64,000 nucleotides of DNA. Origin: an uncultured virus (IMG/VR IMGVR_UViG_3300025789_000022). Taxonomy: Duplodnaviria; Heunggongvirae; Uroviricota; Caudoviricetes. Positions within the stretch are counted from its first letter, which is position 1, and the number at the start of each line of letters is the position of its first letter. Positions 46,916 to 56,608 of this stretch are shown here, piece by piece. Location: IMG/VR virus record IMGVR_UViG_3300025789_000022. The stretch is one strand, 5' to 3'. The position numbers were made by a program, and so were the translations under genes. The notes under the pieces are model-generated. The model made no database searches, was not told the origin of the DNA, and was given only the letters and a program-made list of their open reading frames with translations.

Positions 46916-47530
46916 TTACTCCCCCTCGGCATCCGCTTCATCGCCATCTTCGGCATCATCCATGCCAATTTCGTCCTCATTTGCTTCAAGCCATGCTTCC
47001 ATGTCATCAATAATGCCCATGGAATCTAAAATATCGCTAGGAATACGTTCCTTGACATCGCTAATATCGTCACCAATTTCATATTGCTCGTCGCAGTTTT
47101 CACTGCTCCACTTACCACAGAAACCTCCGCCTGATTCATAGTAATAGGCAACAATATCAAATCCAGAGATATTATCATACCATTCAAGAGGCGGTGACCA
47201 TGCAGTATCAAACGAGAATGTGACGGTCTTGCCATCATTGTTTAATTCAAACATTTCTTCGGGAACTTCGGAGATATCCCACTTGGTCCCCCAATTATCA
47301 ATAGACCATTCATACCAACTTGGATAGCCAAACTCTTGCACATTGCGAGCCACAATAGCATCACGCTTAGCTTCATAATCATCGCCAATAGGTGCTTCTT
47401 CAAGCAATTCAGGCGGCATAGGAAGAAATTCATTGAGCAACTTGCCAGCCTTGGCAGCATTAATCAAACGGGTAATCTGTTCTGGGTCTTCGTGCGTAAA
47501 AGTAGCACGGTTGTCACACCAATTAGGCAT
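46916..47530 (-). CDS. DUF1281/YubB-like (Api92-like) protein
   Basis: MPNWCDN, NWGTKWD, FDTAWSPP; AGGAG SD. Confidence 0.8.
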   Translation of the reverse strand: MPNWCDNRATFTHEDPEQITRLINAAKAGKLLNEFLPMPPELLEEAPIGDDYEAKRDAIVARNVQEFGYPSWYEWSIDNWGTKWDISEVPEEMFELNNDGKTVTFSFDTAWSPPLEWYDNISGFDIVAYYYESGGGFCGKWSSENCDEQYEIGDDISDVKERIPSDILDSMGIIDDMEAWLEANEDEIGMDDAEDGDEADAEGE

Positions 47531-47591
47531 ATGAATCTCCTGTTGTTGAATCTATAATTCAATATAACATAGATTTATATGGTGTCAAGCA

Positions 47592-48470
47592 TTATTTTTT
47601 AGCAATATCATATTGGTCTAGGTTGCGACCTTGTATGATGCTTTTAAGTTTTTTAGGATATTCCTTGCCAGTATCAGTATAACTTATAAGTTTTGGAACT
47701 AGTGGAAGTCCTGTGATTTGTTTGCCGCTTTTACGAACTTGTGCACGAGCATCACGGAAATCATCGTATGCATCATGGGTATTAAGATTGGTCATATAAG
47801 CAGCAATGCTTTGGCTCGGAGTGTCAAACGCACGATATTTTTCGCCGTATGGTCCCTCTACGCCGCCAGTTTTTGCCCATGATTTTTGACCAAAGAATGC
47901 ATTTGAACTTTGTGTTTTAGGATCACTGCCCCAACTGCTTTCAATTGCTGCCTGTGCAATAGCAATGCTTGGTGGAATGATATCTACTTTTTTAAGTAGT
48001 TCATACATGTTATCTTCACCATACTTGTCAACCATACTTTTGACCCACGCATTTTCATCTGGCGTAAGTTTGCCACCACGTTGAAGAATTTTAATATCGT
48101 TCTGTAAACGACGACGGTCTTGTGATATTTTAGCATTTTCTGCGGTTATCATCGGTAACACAGTTTTTACAAATAGGGCAACTCGCTCATTTGGTTGCAA
48201 CTTATTCGCATCTGCTAACCCTTTTGGAAAGTTAGGATTGACTTTTTTATCTACTTTTTGGGGTTCAATTTTCTTTTGAGTGTCGCTTTGTGAAGTTTGT
48301 TGCGTTTGGGCCACAGTTGTGGGAGCCTCTGGTGATTTTGGCGCATTTAAGGCAGAATATCCGCCTAAACCAAGTCCACCTGCTACTACACCAGCCGCTG
48401 CTAGACGTTTTAGTCTATCTGTAATTGGACCTTCGACTAAATCTTCGTCATATAATTCACTTAAGAGCAT
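47592..48470 (-). CDS. Bax-like glucosaminidase (GH73) peptidoglycan hydrolase
   Basis: AIAQAAIESSWG, NAFFG, YMTNLNTHDAY. Confidence 0.85.
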   Translation of the reverse strand: MLLSELYDEDLVEGPITDRLKRLAAAGVVAGGLGLGGYSALNAPKSPEAPTTVAQTQQTSQSDTQKKIEPQKVDKKVNPNFPKGLADANKLQPNERVALFVKTVLPMITAENAKISQDRRRLQNDIKILQRGGKLTPDENAWVKSMVDKYGEDNMYELLKKVDIIPPSIAIAQAAIESSWGSDPKTQSSNAFFGQKSWAKTGGVEGPYGEKYRAFDTPSQSIAAYMTNLNTHDAYDDFRDARAQVRKSGKQITGLPLVPKLISYTDTGKEYPKKLKSIIQGRNLDQYDIAKK

Positions 48471-48704
48471 CAAATATTTATTGATTTTTGTAACATTTTA
48501 TAATAAGGTAGATTTCTAGACTAAATACATGTGCTTCCAAATCACATGGTGAGTGAAGCATGGCGACGATACTGTCAAATTAAACTTATGGAGTTAAAAC
48601 CAAACGTTGCCTCAACAATATTAATAATAATGTTAGTTGAAAAATAATTAGACAAATTACGTTGTCTATGATATAACCAAACATCTGAAAAAGGAAAATA
48701 CAAA

Positions 48705-49352
48705 ATGAAGACTTTTATTACAACTACTATGGCACTATTGGCTCTTACTGTTGTTGCAAGCGCAACTGATCTACCAAACAAGAAGGCTGCTCCACTACCT
48801 CCAGTAGCGGCTGTTGCTACTGCTGTAAGCAATGACAGTTTAAATGTTACTTACGGTCAAGACCTTGGCAACAACTTCGGCGCAAAGGTTGACGATACCT
48901 ATGGCGTAACTTATAAGCACAATATTGGTGCAGGTTTCTCTGTAAGTGGTGCTGCAAGCACTACACAGGCTCCAAGTGCACTTGTAAAGCAGAATCTTGA
49001 AGCACAGGTTGGCTATGCACTTCCAGCGTTTGCTGGCGTTGCAGTAAGCGGTAAGGTTGGCGTTGGTGAACGTTTCGTTGACACTGGCAACTTTCCATAC
49101 TTTGCTCTATATGGCAATGCAGACTATAAGGTAATGGACGGTTTAACTCTTAACGCTGTTCAGTATCGTTATCGTAGTGCTGTTGACACTGGAACTTATG
49201 GTTATCAGAGTCATCGTCTTGGAACTGGTGTAACTTATGACATCAATTCAACCTACAGCGTAAGCGCAACTGTATATCGTAGTTTTGATACTACTTCAAA
49301 TCTAACTGCAACTGGCGATGCGTTTGCATTCGGTGTAACTGCAAAGTTCTAA
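48705..49352 (+). CDS. Outer-membrane beta-barrel protein
   Basis: Signal peptide, ATDLPNKKAAP, amphipathic strands, C-terminal Phe. Confidence 0.85.
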   Translation: MKTFITTTMALLALTVVASATDLPNKKAAPLPPVAAVATAVSNDSLNVTYGQDLGNNFGAKVDDTYGVTYKHNIGAGFSVSGAASTTQAPSALVKQNLEAQVGYALPAFAGVAVSGKVGVGERFVDTGNFPYFALYGNADYKVMDGLTLNAVQYRYRSAVDTGTYGYQSHRLGTGVTYDINSTYSVSATVYRSFDTTSNLTATGDAFAFGVTAKF

Positions 49353-49374
49353 TCTAATCTAGATAGAATAAAAG

Positions 49375-49402
49375 AAAGGCGGGAATTTTTCCCGCCTTTT
49401 TT
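49375..49402. terminator. Bidirectional intrinsic terminator
   Basis: aaaggcggga-atttt-tcccgccttttt between convergent genes. Confidence 0.85.
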
Positions 49403-49407
49403 ATTTG

Positions 49408-49680
49408 TTATTTTTTCATCAATCTGGCAATTTTTGCCTTGGCATCTTCACTAGATTTGGGAAAATTCTGTAGAGAAATTGTTGCCTTTTTTACATCTTC
49501 TGGTGCTGGTTTTGGCAATTTTATAGGTGACTTGACAGGTATATCATTCTCATAATCATAACCATCCCTGTCTCGTGTCTCACTTGTGGCAATCCAATGG
49601 TCTAGTTCCCATATTGCTTCCGCAAGATTAAAAACTAACATGAAGCCAAGTATGAATAAAAGAAAGATTAATGTCCACAT
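49408..49680 (-). CDS. Small membrane protein
   Basis: N-terminal hydrophobic helix. Confidence 0.6.
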   Translation of the reverse strand: MWTLIFLLFILGFMLVFNLAEAIWELDHWIATSETRDRDGYDYENDIPVKSPIKLPKPAPEDVKKATISLQNFPKSSEDAKAKIARLMKK

Positions 49681-49841
49681 TCATTTAATTTATCATAATT
49701 GGGCTATTTGTCAAGTGTTTTTAAAAATGCTTATAATTAAAAATAATGCTTGACAAATCTCTAGGACGTGGTATTTTAAGTCATGGGGCAATGTATGCCC
49801 CCTTTTGGGCAAGGTCTGCCCGATACAGTAAGGAGTTTACT

Positions 49842-50411
49842 ATGGAATATCGCAGTTATTATTTCGGATACGGAATGAACACCCACCCTGATCAGATGGC
49901 AAAGCGTTGCCCTGATGCTACCTTGGTAGGTGTTGCGCATCTGAATGACTATCGTCTTGTGTTTCGTAACCATGCCGATATTGAAATTGATGTAGGTAAC
50001 ATCGCCTCTGGCGTGTTATGGGAAGTTAGCGATAGCGATATGATTGCGCTTGACCGTCTTGAAGGGTTTCCACATTATTACTTGCGTCAACGTGTGTTGG
50101 TTCAAACTGACACCGAAGCATATATTGCTTGGGTTTATAGCATGGCTGAACAAGATTATGAAATGACGCCTAGCACATCATATTACGATATGTGCACAGA
50201 GGGTTATAAGCATCATGGTGTTTCTACTGTTCAACTGGTAGAAGCCAAAGAAGCAGCACCATCGCAGAAATATGTTGACACGACGTATGATTACGGGTAT
50301 GACTACTTTAACGATAACTCTTGGGAACGCTTTGACAACGGCGTTGACGAGCGATATGATCGATATGTAGCACAACACTATGGTTTCTATGACCGCAATT
50401 TGGAGAAGTAA
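49842..50411 (+). CDS. Gamma-glutamylcyclotransferase (AIG2-like) protein
   Basis: YFGYGMN, GVLWEV, LDRLEG; AAGGAG SD. Confidence 0.88.
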   Translation: MEYRSYYFGYGMNTHPDQMAKRCPDATLVGVAHLNDYRLVFRNHADIEIDVGNIASGVLWEVSDSDMIALDRLEGFPHYYLRQRVLVQTDTEAYIAWVYSMAEQDYEMTPSTSYYDMCTEGYKHHGVSTVQLVEAKEAAPSQKYVDTTYDYGYDYFNDNSWERFDNGVDERYDRYVAQHYGFYDRNLEK

Positions 50412-50413
50412 AA

Positions 50414-51586
50414 ATGGCTAAGTCCGCACTAATGTTAAGGTCTAAACCTAAGAAGACGGTTAACCGTTTGCCTAAGTTTATGGATGAAAAATTCACTGGT
50501 CCTGAACCAGTGTGGACTAATGCTGCTAAGTGGACTCCTGACCAACTACGTCAGGAAATTACTCACGCACTTTACTTTTATAATTATTATATGTCTGCCG
50601 CTGATATGCGCAAGTATGTTGTAGAGTTTGGTCAGCGGCATCTTAAATGGGGCAAGGCAGAGATTTCTGCCTTTGCTGAATGTGAAGATAGTCGTGTAGG
50701 CATTACTATTGGCAGTATCTCTAAGATGATTTTGAATGGTTGCCCGATGGCAATTGATGCTGAATTTATCACCAAGAAGATTGCAGAATTGCTAGCATAC
50801 GGCAATGCACGTCTTGCTGAAAAGAAGCAAGTGGTTGAAAAACCAATTGCCAAGCGTAATGTGCAAGATCACTTGCGTGACAAGTTGTCTGATACCATTG
50901 GCGACTTAGAAGTTATGTTTGATTCACTGATTGATGGTGTCACTGATACACCTGATTTCACTGCATATTTTCGTGAAGGGAATATGCCACAGGCATTCGT
51001 TGCTCGTATTCGTGAAAAGTATGCTGAGCAATATGAAGAATTGCTTGAAAGTCAAAATAAAAAAGGTGATGCTTCGCTACGTGAAGCCTATGCTTGGATG
51101 ACCAAGGCAGATTTTAAACGCCATGATGCTTGGTATCGTGGTTTATTTGATGCACTACTAACCTATGATACAGTTAAGTCTGCTGTGCGTAAGGTTCGTA
51201 AGGTTAGTCCGCCAAGCAAGGAAAAAGTTGTTAAGAACGTCAAGTATATGCGAGAGTTTGCAGAACTTAATCTTGTGTCTGTCAATCCAACCGACATCAT
51301 TGGTGCCACTGAATTGTGGGTATACAACACCAAGACCCGTAAGATTGGCAAGTATGTGGCTGCTGTGAGCAGTGGTGTATTGGGCATCAAAGGCAGCACT
51401 ATTCTTGGCTTTGATGAAAAGTTGAGTGTGGCAAAGACACTACGCAAGCCACAAGAACAGATGAAGGCATTTATGGGTGCGGGTAAAATCCAACTTCGTA
51501 AGTTCATGGATGGTATTCGTGCTACAGAAATTGCCTTGACAGGTCGGATAAACGGTGATACAATCCTATTAAAGGTTGTGAAATAA
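50414..51586 (+). CDS. Hypothetical phage protein (390 aa)
   Basis: Long ORF with GGAG SD. Confidence 0.75.
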   Translation: MAKSALMLRSKPKKTVNRLPKFMDEKFTGPEPVWTNAAKWTPDQLRQEITHALYFYNYYMSAADMRKYVVEFGQRHLKWGKAEISAFAECEDSRVGITIGSISKMILNGCPMAIDAEFITKKIAELLAYGNARLAEKKQVVEKPIAKRNVQDHLRDKLSDTIGDLEVMFDSLIDGVTDTPDFTAYFREGNMPQAFVARIREKYAEQYEELLESQNKKGDASLREAYAWMTKADFKRHDAWYRGLFDALLTYDTVKSAVRKVRKVSPPSKEKVVKNVKYMREFAELNLVSVNPTDIIGATELWVYNTKTRKIGKYVAAVSSGVLGIKGSTILGFDEKLSVAKTLRKPQEQMKAFMGAGKIQLRKFMDGIRATEIALTGRINGDTILLKVVK

Positions 51587-51587
51587 A

Positions 51588-52157
51588 ATGATTTTGGATG
51601 AAAAAGACTTGTCACAACTTATTTTGTTAATTTCTCCAAAATTAGACAGTGATAAAACATATGATAGTCAGAGTTTAAATTATACAACAGGTTCAAATAG
51701 TAAAATTTTTTCTTACATTGAAAAAATTTTACGCAAATACATTCCGTTTGAAAATGAAAAAATTCATATTGCTATGATATTAGAGGCAACAAATCCTTAT
51801 CATATTCATACAGATTATGTTAAAGATGATGATAAACCGGCTAATGCTTATTTGATTCCAATTGATAATTGCCAATCCGCAACAGTAATCTTTAATGAAG
51901 AATGCAAAACAACATTTAAAGATTTTAAAACAAAAAACCCTAATAACAACTTTATGGAAACAGTTACAAACTATAAAGAAATTTTAAGCCACTGTAAAGA
52001 AGAAGATTTAAAGTATGTTTCTGTAAAACAATATGCAAAATGGCAAAAAGGTTTATTAATAAACTGGAATAGAAAGTTATTGCATGCAAGTGATAATTTT
52101 ATAAACAATGGTATTGAAAAAAAACTTGCTATTGTTATCTTTACATCTTATATTTGA
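51588..52157 (+). CDS. AT-rich 2OG-Fe(II)/cupin-like protein
   Basis: YHIHTD...LLHAS. Confidence 0.55.
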   Translation: MILDEKDLSQLILLISPKLDSDKTYDSQSLNYTTGSNSKIFSYIEKILRKYIPFENEKIHIAMILEATNPYHIHTDYVKDDDKPANAYLIPIDNCQSATVIFNEECKTTFKDFKTKNPNNNFMETVTNYKEILSHCKEEDLKYVSVKQYAKWQKGLLINWNRKLLHASDNFINNGIEKKLAIVIFTSYI

Positions 52158-52179
52158 TATAGAACAAGTACGGTGATTT

Positions 52180-52461
52180 ATGAAATACGACGGCGGATAT
52201 CTGCATAAGCATGTGCGTTGGGTAAAATTAGATAAGCGTAATAGATTATATTCACGATATAGTCATCGCATATCTGCTCGTGATATGGGACAGATTTATA
52301 AATTACACTTTTACTTTACCAGAAATTATGATTCATATCACTCAAGTTGGTGGGGTGATAATGCGCCACAGATTTATAGGCAGGTTGAAACAATGTTTCA
52401 TCATAATTTTTACTTGAATGAAGAAGAGTTGGTGAAACTTATCATAGGATATGTAGAATGA
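52180..52461 (+). CDS. Hypothetical protein
   Basis: Coupled ORF. Confidence 0.55.
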   Translation: MKYDGGYLHKHVRWVKLDKRNRLYSRYSHRISARDMGQIYKLHFYFTRNYDSYHSSWWGDNAPQIYRQVETMFHHNFYLNEEELVKLIIGYVE

Positions 52462-52910
52462 CAAATTACAATCACTTTCGTATTATTAACGACTTAACAG
52501 GTCTTGCTAATAAACTTGGCTTTGAAATTAAACCAAATCGTGGTGCGTTCAATTCTTATGCGTATGAACAGAATAGCGGTTCAGATTTTTCTCTTACCAT
52601 TCCAGACGACGATGGCACAATCTTGCCAATCTATTCTCGTAATGTAACGATATACAGTGGTAGCGCAGAAGATTGCATCCACTTTATGCATGGTTGGATG
52701 AAGCATCGTGAGTATATGAATATACTTGGATTTAAAGATAAGACCGTTGCTGATCGTGAGAAAAAAATAGTAGATCAGCGTAAGATGGATCGTATGACAA
52801 AGGCAGTTATAGATGGCAAAGACCCAGGCGCAAACCACTGGCACGACAGCAAAGACACTGCCACTGACCGCTGTTTTGACGGAGAATACGGGGAAGATGC
52901 TCCCTTCTAA
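52458..52910 (+). CDS. Hypothetical protein
   Basis: ATGA coupling. Confidence 0.65.
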   Translation: MTNYNHFRIINDLTGLANKLGFEIKPNRGAFNSYAYEQNSGSDFSLTIPDDDGTILPIYSRNVTIYSGSAEDCIHFMHGWMKHREYMNILGFKDKTVADREKKIVDQRKMDRMTKAVIDGKDPGANHWHDSKDTATDRCFDGEYGEDAPF

Positions 52911-53190
52911 ACCTATCACGGTTTTTCGCACCGTTTTGCCAACAATTTTATATGGGCTAACAAAAACAGGCTCTATAGAAAATGACAAGGGCGACGCCCT
53001 TGTCAAGGGCGAAGCCAATATAAAGTGGAGTAAATGCGAAAATTATAAGTGGGTATGGGAAAATGCTGTTAAAGACAGCGTAACTTTTCATGCCCAACTT
53101 GTCTATGATACACTTGACTATCGTGTAGCCGTAACCGCTCAATTTGAACCAGAAGATTTAACTTATTATCTTATGCGATTTGGCACATAG
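52898..53190 (+). CDS. Small protein, FxxR(F/W)-terminal family (start near MLPSKP)
   Basis: Ends FEPEDLTYYLMRFGT. Confidence 0.55.
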
Positions 53191-53195
53191 TAAAT

Positions 53196-55091
53196 TTACC
53201 ACCTGCCACTGCCTGTCCAATCATAGGTGAAACTGCAATCGTTCCAATTATTATCGATTGAACCATCATGATTACGGTGATCAAATTTATAATTATGGGT
53301 TGCAGTCCATTCACCGTCTGCATTTATAGAGAATACATGCGTAGCAGTATATTGGCAACCTAATCTATCGCCAAACTCATTTATATCGCTTTGTGGATCA
53401 AAATTAACAGTTATATTATATTTGCCAAGTGCTCGCCATAACTGGCGTAACATCGGCCATATTTCATTCATGAGACTGTTTGCAAAATCACCAAGGTTAC
53501 TTTTGATAATGTCATAATCGTATTCTTCACGATCAATCATACGTTTAATATTATTTTCATCATATTCTATTGTATATGTCTGTGAGAGGTTAGGGCGTTC
53601 TACTCCATAGATATATCTGTCACCGTGTAGATGTTGTAGAAATATGCTAAAAGTTTTTTGGCGAACTAAACGATGAACTTTTGTATTTTTTAAATCCGCT
53701 GTAGCCCACATGTTTAAAAAATTCTTAGGCGATATTCCAAACTTAACAGGGTCAATAGAAATATCACTGCCTACGCTTAACATAAGACTCAAACCTGGAC
53801 TAATGACTAATACGTTAGAATTTCGTATTCTCCATATTAACGTTAGCGTGTCAGCAAATGCTTGATGATCTTCGTTTGGAAATCCTATAATCCAATTTGT
53901 GTGTGCCATAATATCAGTAATTTTTCCACTTTCTAAATTACTTTCAATTTCATCAAGTGTAATTTCTTTTTTCATGGCATCAAGAACTTTCTGACTGCCA
54001 CTTTCAATTCCATAACTCAACTGCATACATCCACTTGCTTTTAGATCACGATAGTAATCTAAATCCATGCGACCATCGCAACGAGCATAGCCTTGCCATT
54101 GAATATCAATTTTTCGTTCTGCTATGCCTAAACAAAATCCACGCAGTTCTTTTAAATTGCCATTTACAAGACTATCAATAAACCATACATACTGGCCGCC
54201 ATAATGTTTATTTTGATAATCAACCTCATCTAATAAACTGCCACTCATTCGACCACGATATTTCCAAAAATGAACCTCTGTGCAAAATACACACTTGGCA
54301 ATGCAACCACGGCTAATTTCAGCAGAAATACCGCCTGGTGTAGTATATTCACTTAAATTATAATCACTGTAGTCGGGAAATGGTAAACTATCCAAGTCAA
54401 GACGCAATTTACTATCTTTTTTTAGATATTGTTCTATTATTGGTGTGGCATTTTCAACTTTTTCAAGCAAGTCTAATATTACTTGTTCGCCTTCACCTTC
54501 AACAATATGATCATACAGTGGTTTACTATAATTGCGCATACTAGCAACTTGCGGTCCACCTAAAATTATTTTACAATTTGGCAATGCTGCTTTTAGTTGT
54601 CTCGCCATCCAATTTGTAGATTCTTCATTTGTATAATACATGCTAAACCCAACTACATGTGGGTTTGATTCGATTATTGTTTGCAAATATTGATTATATA
54701 AATCTAACAGCAATGGATGTATTTCACGGTCATACCAATCGCCAACCCACATCCATTCACGACTTGCATCCCAGTAATCTGTATTATTTTTATTTTTTAA
54801 CTCGTGATATGCTTTAATATTAACATCTAATACTGTTGTGTGGTAGCCAGCAGCACGAGTTACTGCGCTCAATCTGCTTAAATTATATGGTGGAAAAAAT
54901 ACTCCCCACTCTGGCATTAGCACAAGTGTTAATCGAGTATTTCTTGTAGCAGATGCAATTACAACAGGTGTAAGATTTTTCTGTGGAGTTGACCGAGCAA
55001 AATTTGCCATAGTTTTTGCCATTGCCCAATCTTTGCCAAGTCCAAGTGGAACTTCACTTGCATTGGGTTGGTAGTCATCTATATTGCTCAT
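53196..55091 (-). CDS. B12-binding-domain radical SAM protein
   Basis: VVGFS, IILGGP, GEGE, SRGCIAKCVFC (CxxxCxxC), GIESGSQKVL. Confidence 0.9.
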   Translation of the reverse strand: MSNIDDYQPNASEVPLGLGKDWAMAKTMANFARSTPQKNLTPVVIASATRNTRLTLVLMPEWGVFFPPYNLSRLSAVTRAAGYHTTVLDVNIKAYHELKNKNNTDYWDASREWMWVGDWYDREIHPLLLDLYNQYLQTIIESNPHVVGFSMYYTNEESTNWMARQLKAALPNCKIILGGPQVASMRNYSKPLYDHIVEGEGEQVILDLLEKVENATPIIEQYLKKDSKLRLDLDSLPFPDYSDYNLSEYTTPGGISAEISRGCIAKCVFCTEVHFWKYRGRMSGSLLDEVDYQNKHYGGQYVWFIDSLVNGNLKELRGFCLGIAERKIDIQWQGYARCDGRMDLDYYRDLKASGCMQLSYGIESGSQKVLDAMKKEITLDEIESNLESGKITDIMAHTNWIIGFPNEDHQAFADTLTLIWRIRNSNVLVISPGLSLMLSVGSDISIDPVKFGISPKNFLNMWATADLKNTKVHRLVRQKTFSIFLQHLHGDRYIYGVERPNLSQTYTIEYDENNIKRMIDREEYDYDIIKSNLGDFANSLMNEIWPMLRQLWRALGKYNITVNFDPQSDINEFGDRLGCQYTATHVFSINADGEWTATHNYKFDHRNHDGSIDNNWNDCSFTYDWTGSGRW

Positions 55092-55131
55092 TGACATATT
55101 TAATGGCACTGTTACTTTCATAAATATTTGT

Positions 55132-55884
55132 ATGGCAACCCTACAAGAACTTAAAACAACAGTATTTGACTATGTTCGTTATAGTCTTGGCGATGGCATG
55201 GTAGATGTTGAACTTGATCCTATTCATTTTGAAACAAGTTTACAACAAGCATTTATACGCTATCGTCAACGCAGCAGTAATAGCGTAGAAGAAAGTTATT
55301 CATTTTTAGAATTGCAAATGGATAAAAATACCTACACGTTACCAAATGAAATTATAAGTGTACGCAATGTATACAAGCGTAATATCGGTGCTAACAGCGG
55401 TACTAGTTCGCAGTATGAACCATTTGAAGCAGGTTTCGTAAACTTTTATATGATTCAAAGCGGTCGTGTTGGTGGTTTGTCAACTTATTATCTTTATAGT
55501 TCATTCTTAAAAGAAGCCGCAAAGATGTTTGGTGGTTATCTAAATTATACATTTAATAAAACTACCAAAGAACTAACCATCATGCGTCGTCCTCGTGCAG
55601 ATAAAGAAACTATTCTTATCTGGAGTGAAAATTTTAAACCTGATGTTACACTACTTAATGATATCTATTCACTGCCATGGTTGCGTGAATATACACTGGC
55701 TCGTTGTATGATGATGCTTGGCGAAGCACGTAGCAAGTTTGCTACGCTACCTGGTCCTCAAGGCGGCAGCAGCCTTAATGGAGGCGATTTGCTTACACGT
55801 GGACAAGCCAAGATTGATGCTCTTGAGTTAGAACTTACAAACTATGTTGCTGGTGAAACTCCAATGTGGTTTGTTATCGGATAA
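55132..55884 (+). CDS. Neck protein, T4 gp13-like
   Basis: LGDGMVDVELD, WLREYTLA, RSKF.TLPGPQGG.SLNG. Confidence 0.85.
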   Translation: MATLQELKTTVFDYVRYSLGDGMVDVELDPIHFETSLQQAFIRYRQRSSNSVEESYSFLELQMDKNTYTLPNEIISVRNVYKRNIGANSGTSSQYEPFEAGFVNFYMIQSGRVGGLSTYYLYSSFLKEAAKMFGGYLNYTFNKTTKELTIMRRPRADKETILIWSENFKPDVTLLNDIYSLPWLREYTLARCMMMLGEARSKFATLPGPQGGSSLNGGDLLTRGQAKIDALELELTNYVAGETPMWFVIG

Positions 55885-55922
55885 TATTTGACATCCTTGT
55901 TATCTTTTGTTAAAGTAAGAAC

Positions 55923-56528
55923 ATGAAAATAATTGGTGTATGCGGTCTTATCGGTGGTGGCAAAGGAACCGTTGCTGATATCCTTGTTAAAGATCATGGT
56001 TTTGAAAAAGTAAGTTTCGCTGACAGTCTTAAGGATATGATTGCCGCTGTATTTGGGTGGCCTCGTCATTTGCTTGAAGGTGATACAGCAGAAAGCCGTG
56101 AATGGCGTGAGCAACGTGATGACTGGTGGGCAGAACGTCTGAACCTACCATGGCTTACACCTCGTTGGGTTCTACAATTTTGGGGAACCGATGTTTGCCG
56201 TGAAAATTTCCATGAAGATATTTGGATTGCAAGTTTAGAAAATAAACTTAGAAAAGTTGTTAATGGTTCATTTGAATATAATAACATTGTTATTCCAGAT
56301 ACACGTTTCCCCAATGAAATCAACCTAATTCGTCGTCTTGGTGGAGAAGTATGGGCAGTTCAGCGTGGTGATTATCCTGATTGGATGGTAAATCTTCTTA
56401 AACATGGCGAAGAACCGCATGATATTCATCCTAGTGAATGGTCTTGGGTTAATGCAAATATGAACCATGTGATTAAAAATGATGGAACTATTGAAGATTT
56501 GCAAACTGCTGTTACAAATTTGTTATAA
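55923..56528 (+). CDS. Deoxynucleoside monophosphate kinase (T4 gp1-like)
   Basis: GLIGGGKGT, SFADSLKD, TPRWVLQFWGTD, DTRFPNE. Confidence 0.92.
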   Translation: MKIIGVCGLIGGGKGTVADILVKDHGFEKVSFADSLKDMIAAVFGWPRHLLEGDTAESREWREQRDDWWAERLNLPWLTPRWVLQFWGTDVCRENFHEDIWIASLENKLRKVVNGSFEYNNIVIPDTRFPNEINLIRRLGGEVWAVQRGDYPDWMVNLLKHGEEPHDIHPSEWSWVNANMNHVIKNDGTIEDLQTAVTNLL

Positions 56529-56608
56529 TATCCATACTTAACCTTTTAAAAACACCCATTTTGTTCTATTCCGCTAAATATTAGCAACACCTTAAAGGAA
56601 TAGACCCT

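Noticed and set aside
49784..49822. Twin GC hairpins upstream of the GGCT gene
   Set aside because: Real (ggggca/tgcccc, gggca/tgccc) but most simply 5' stabilising stems; no further evidence
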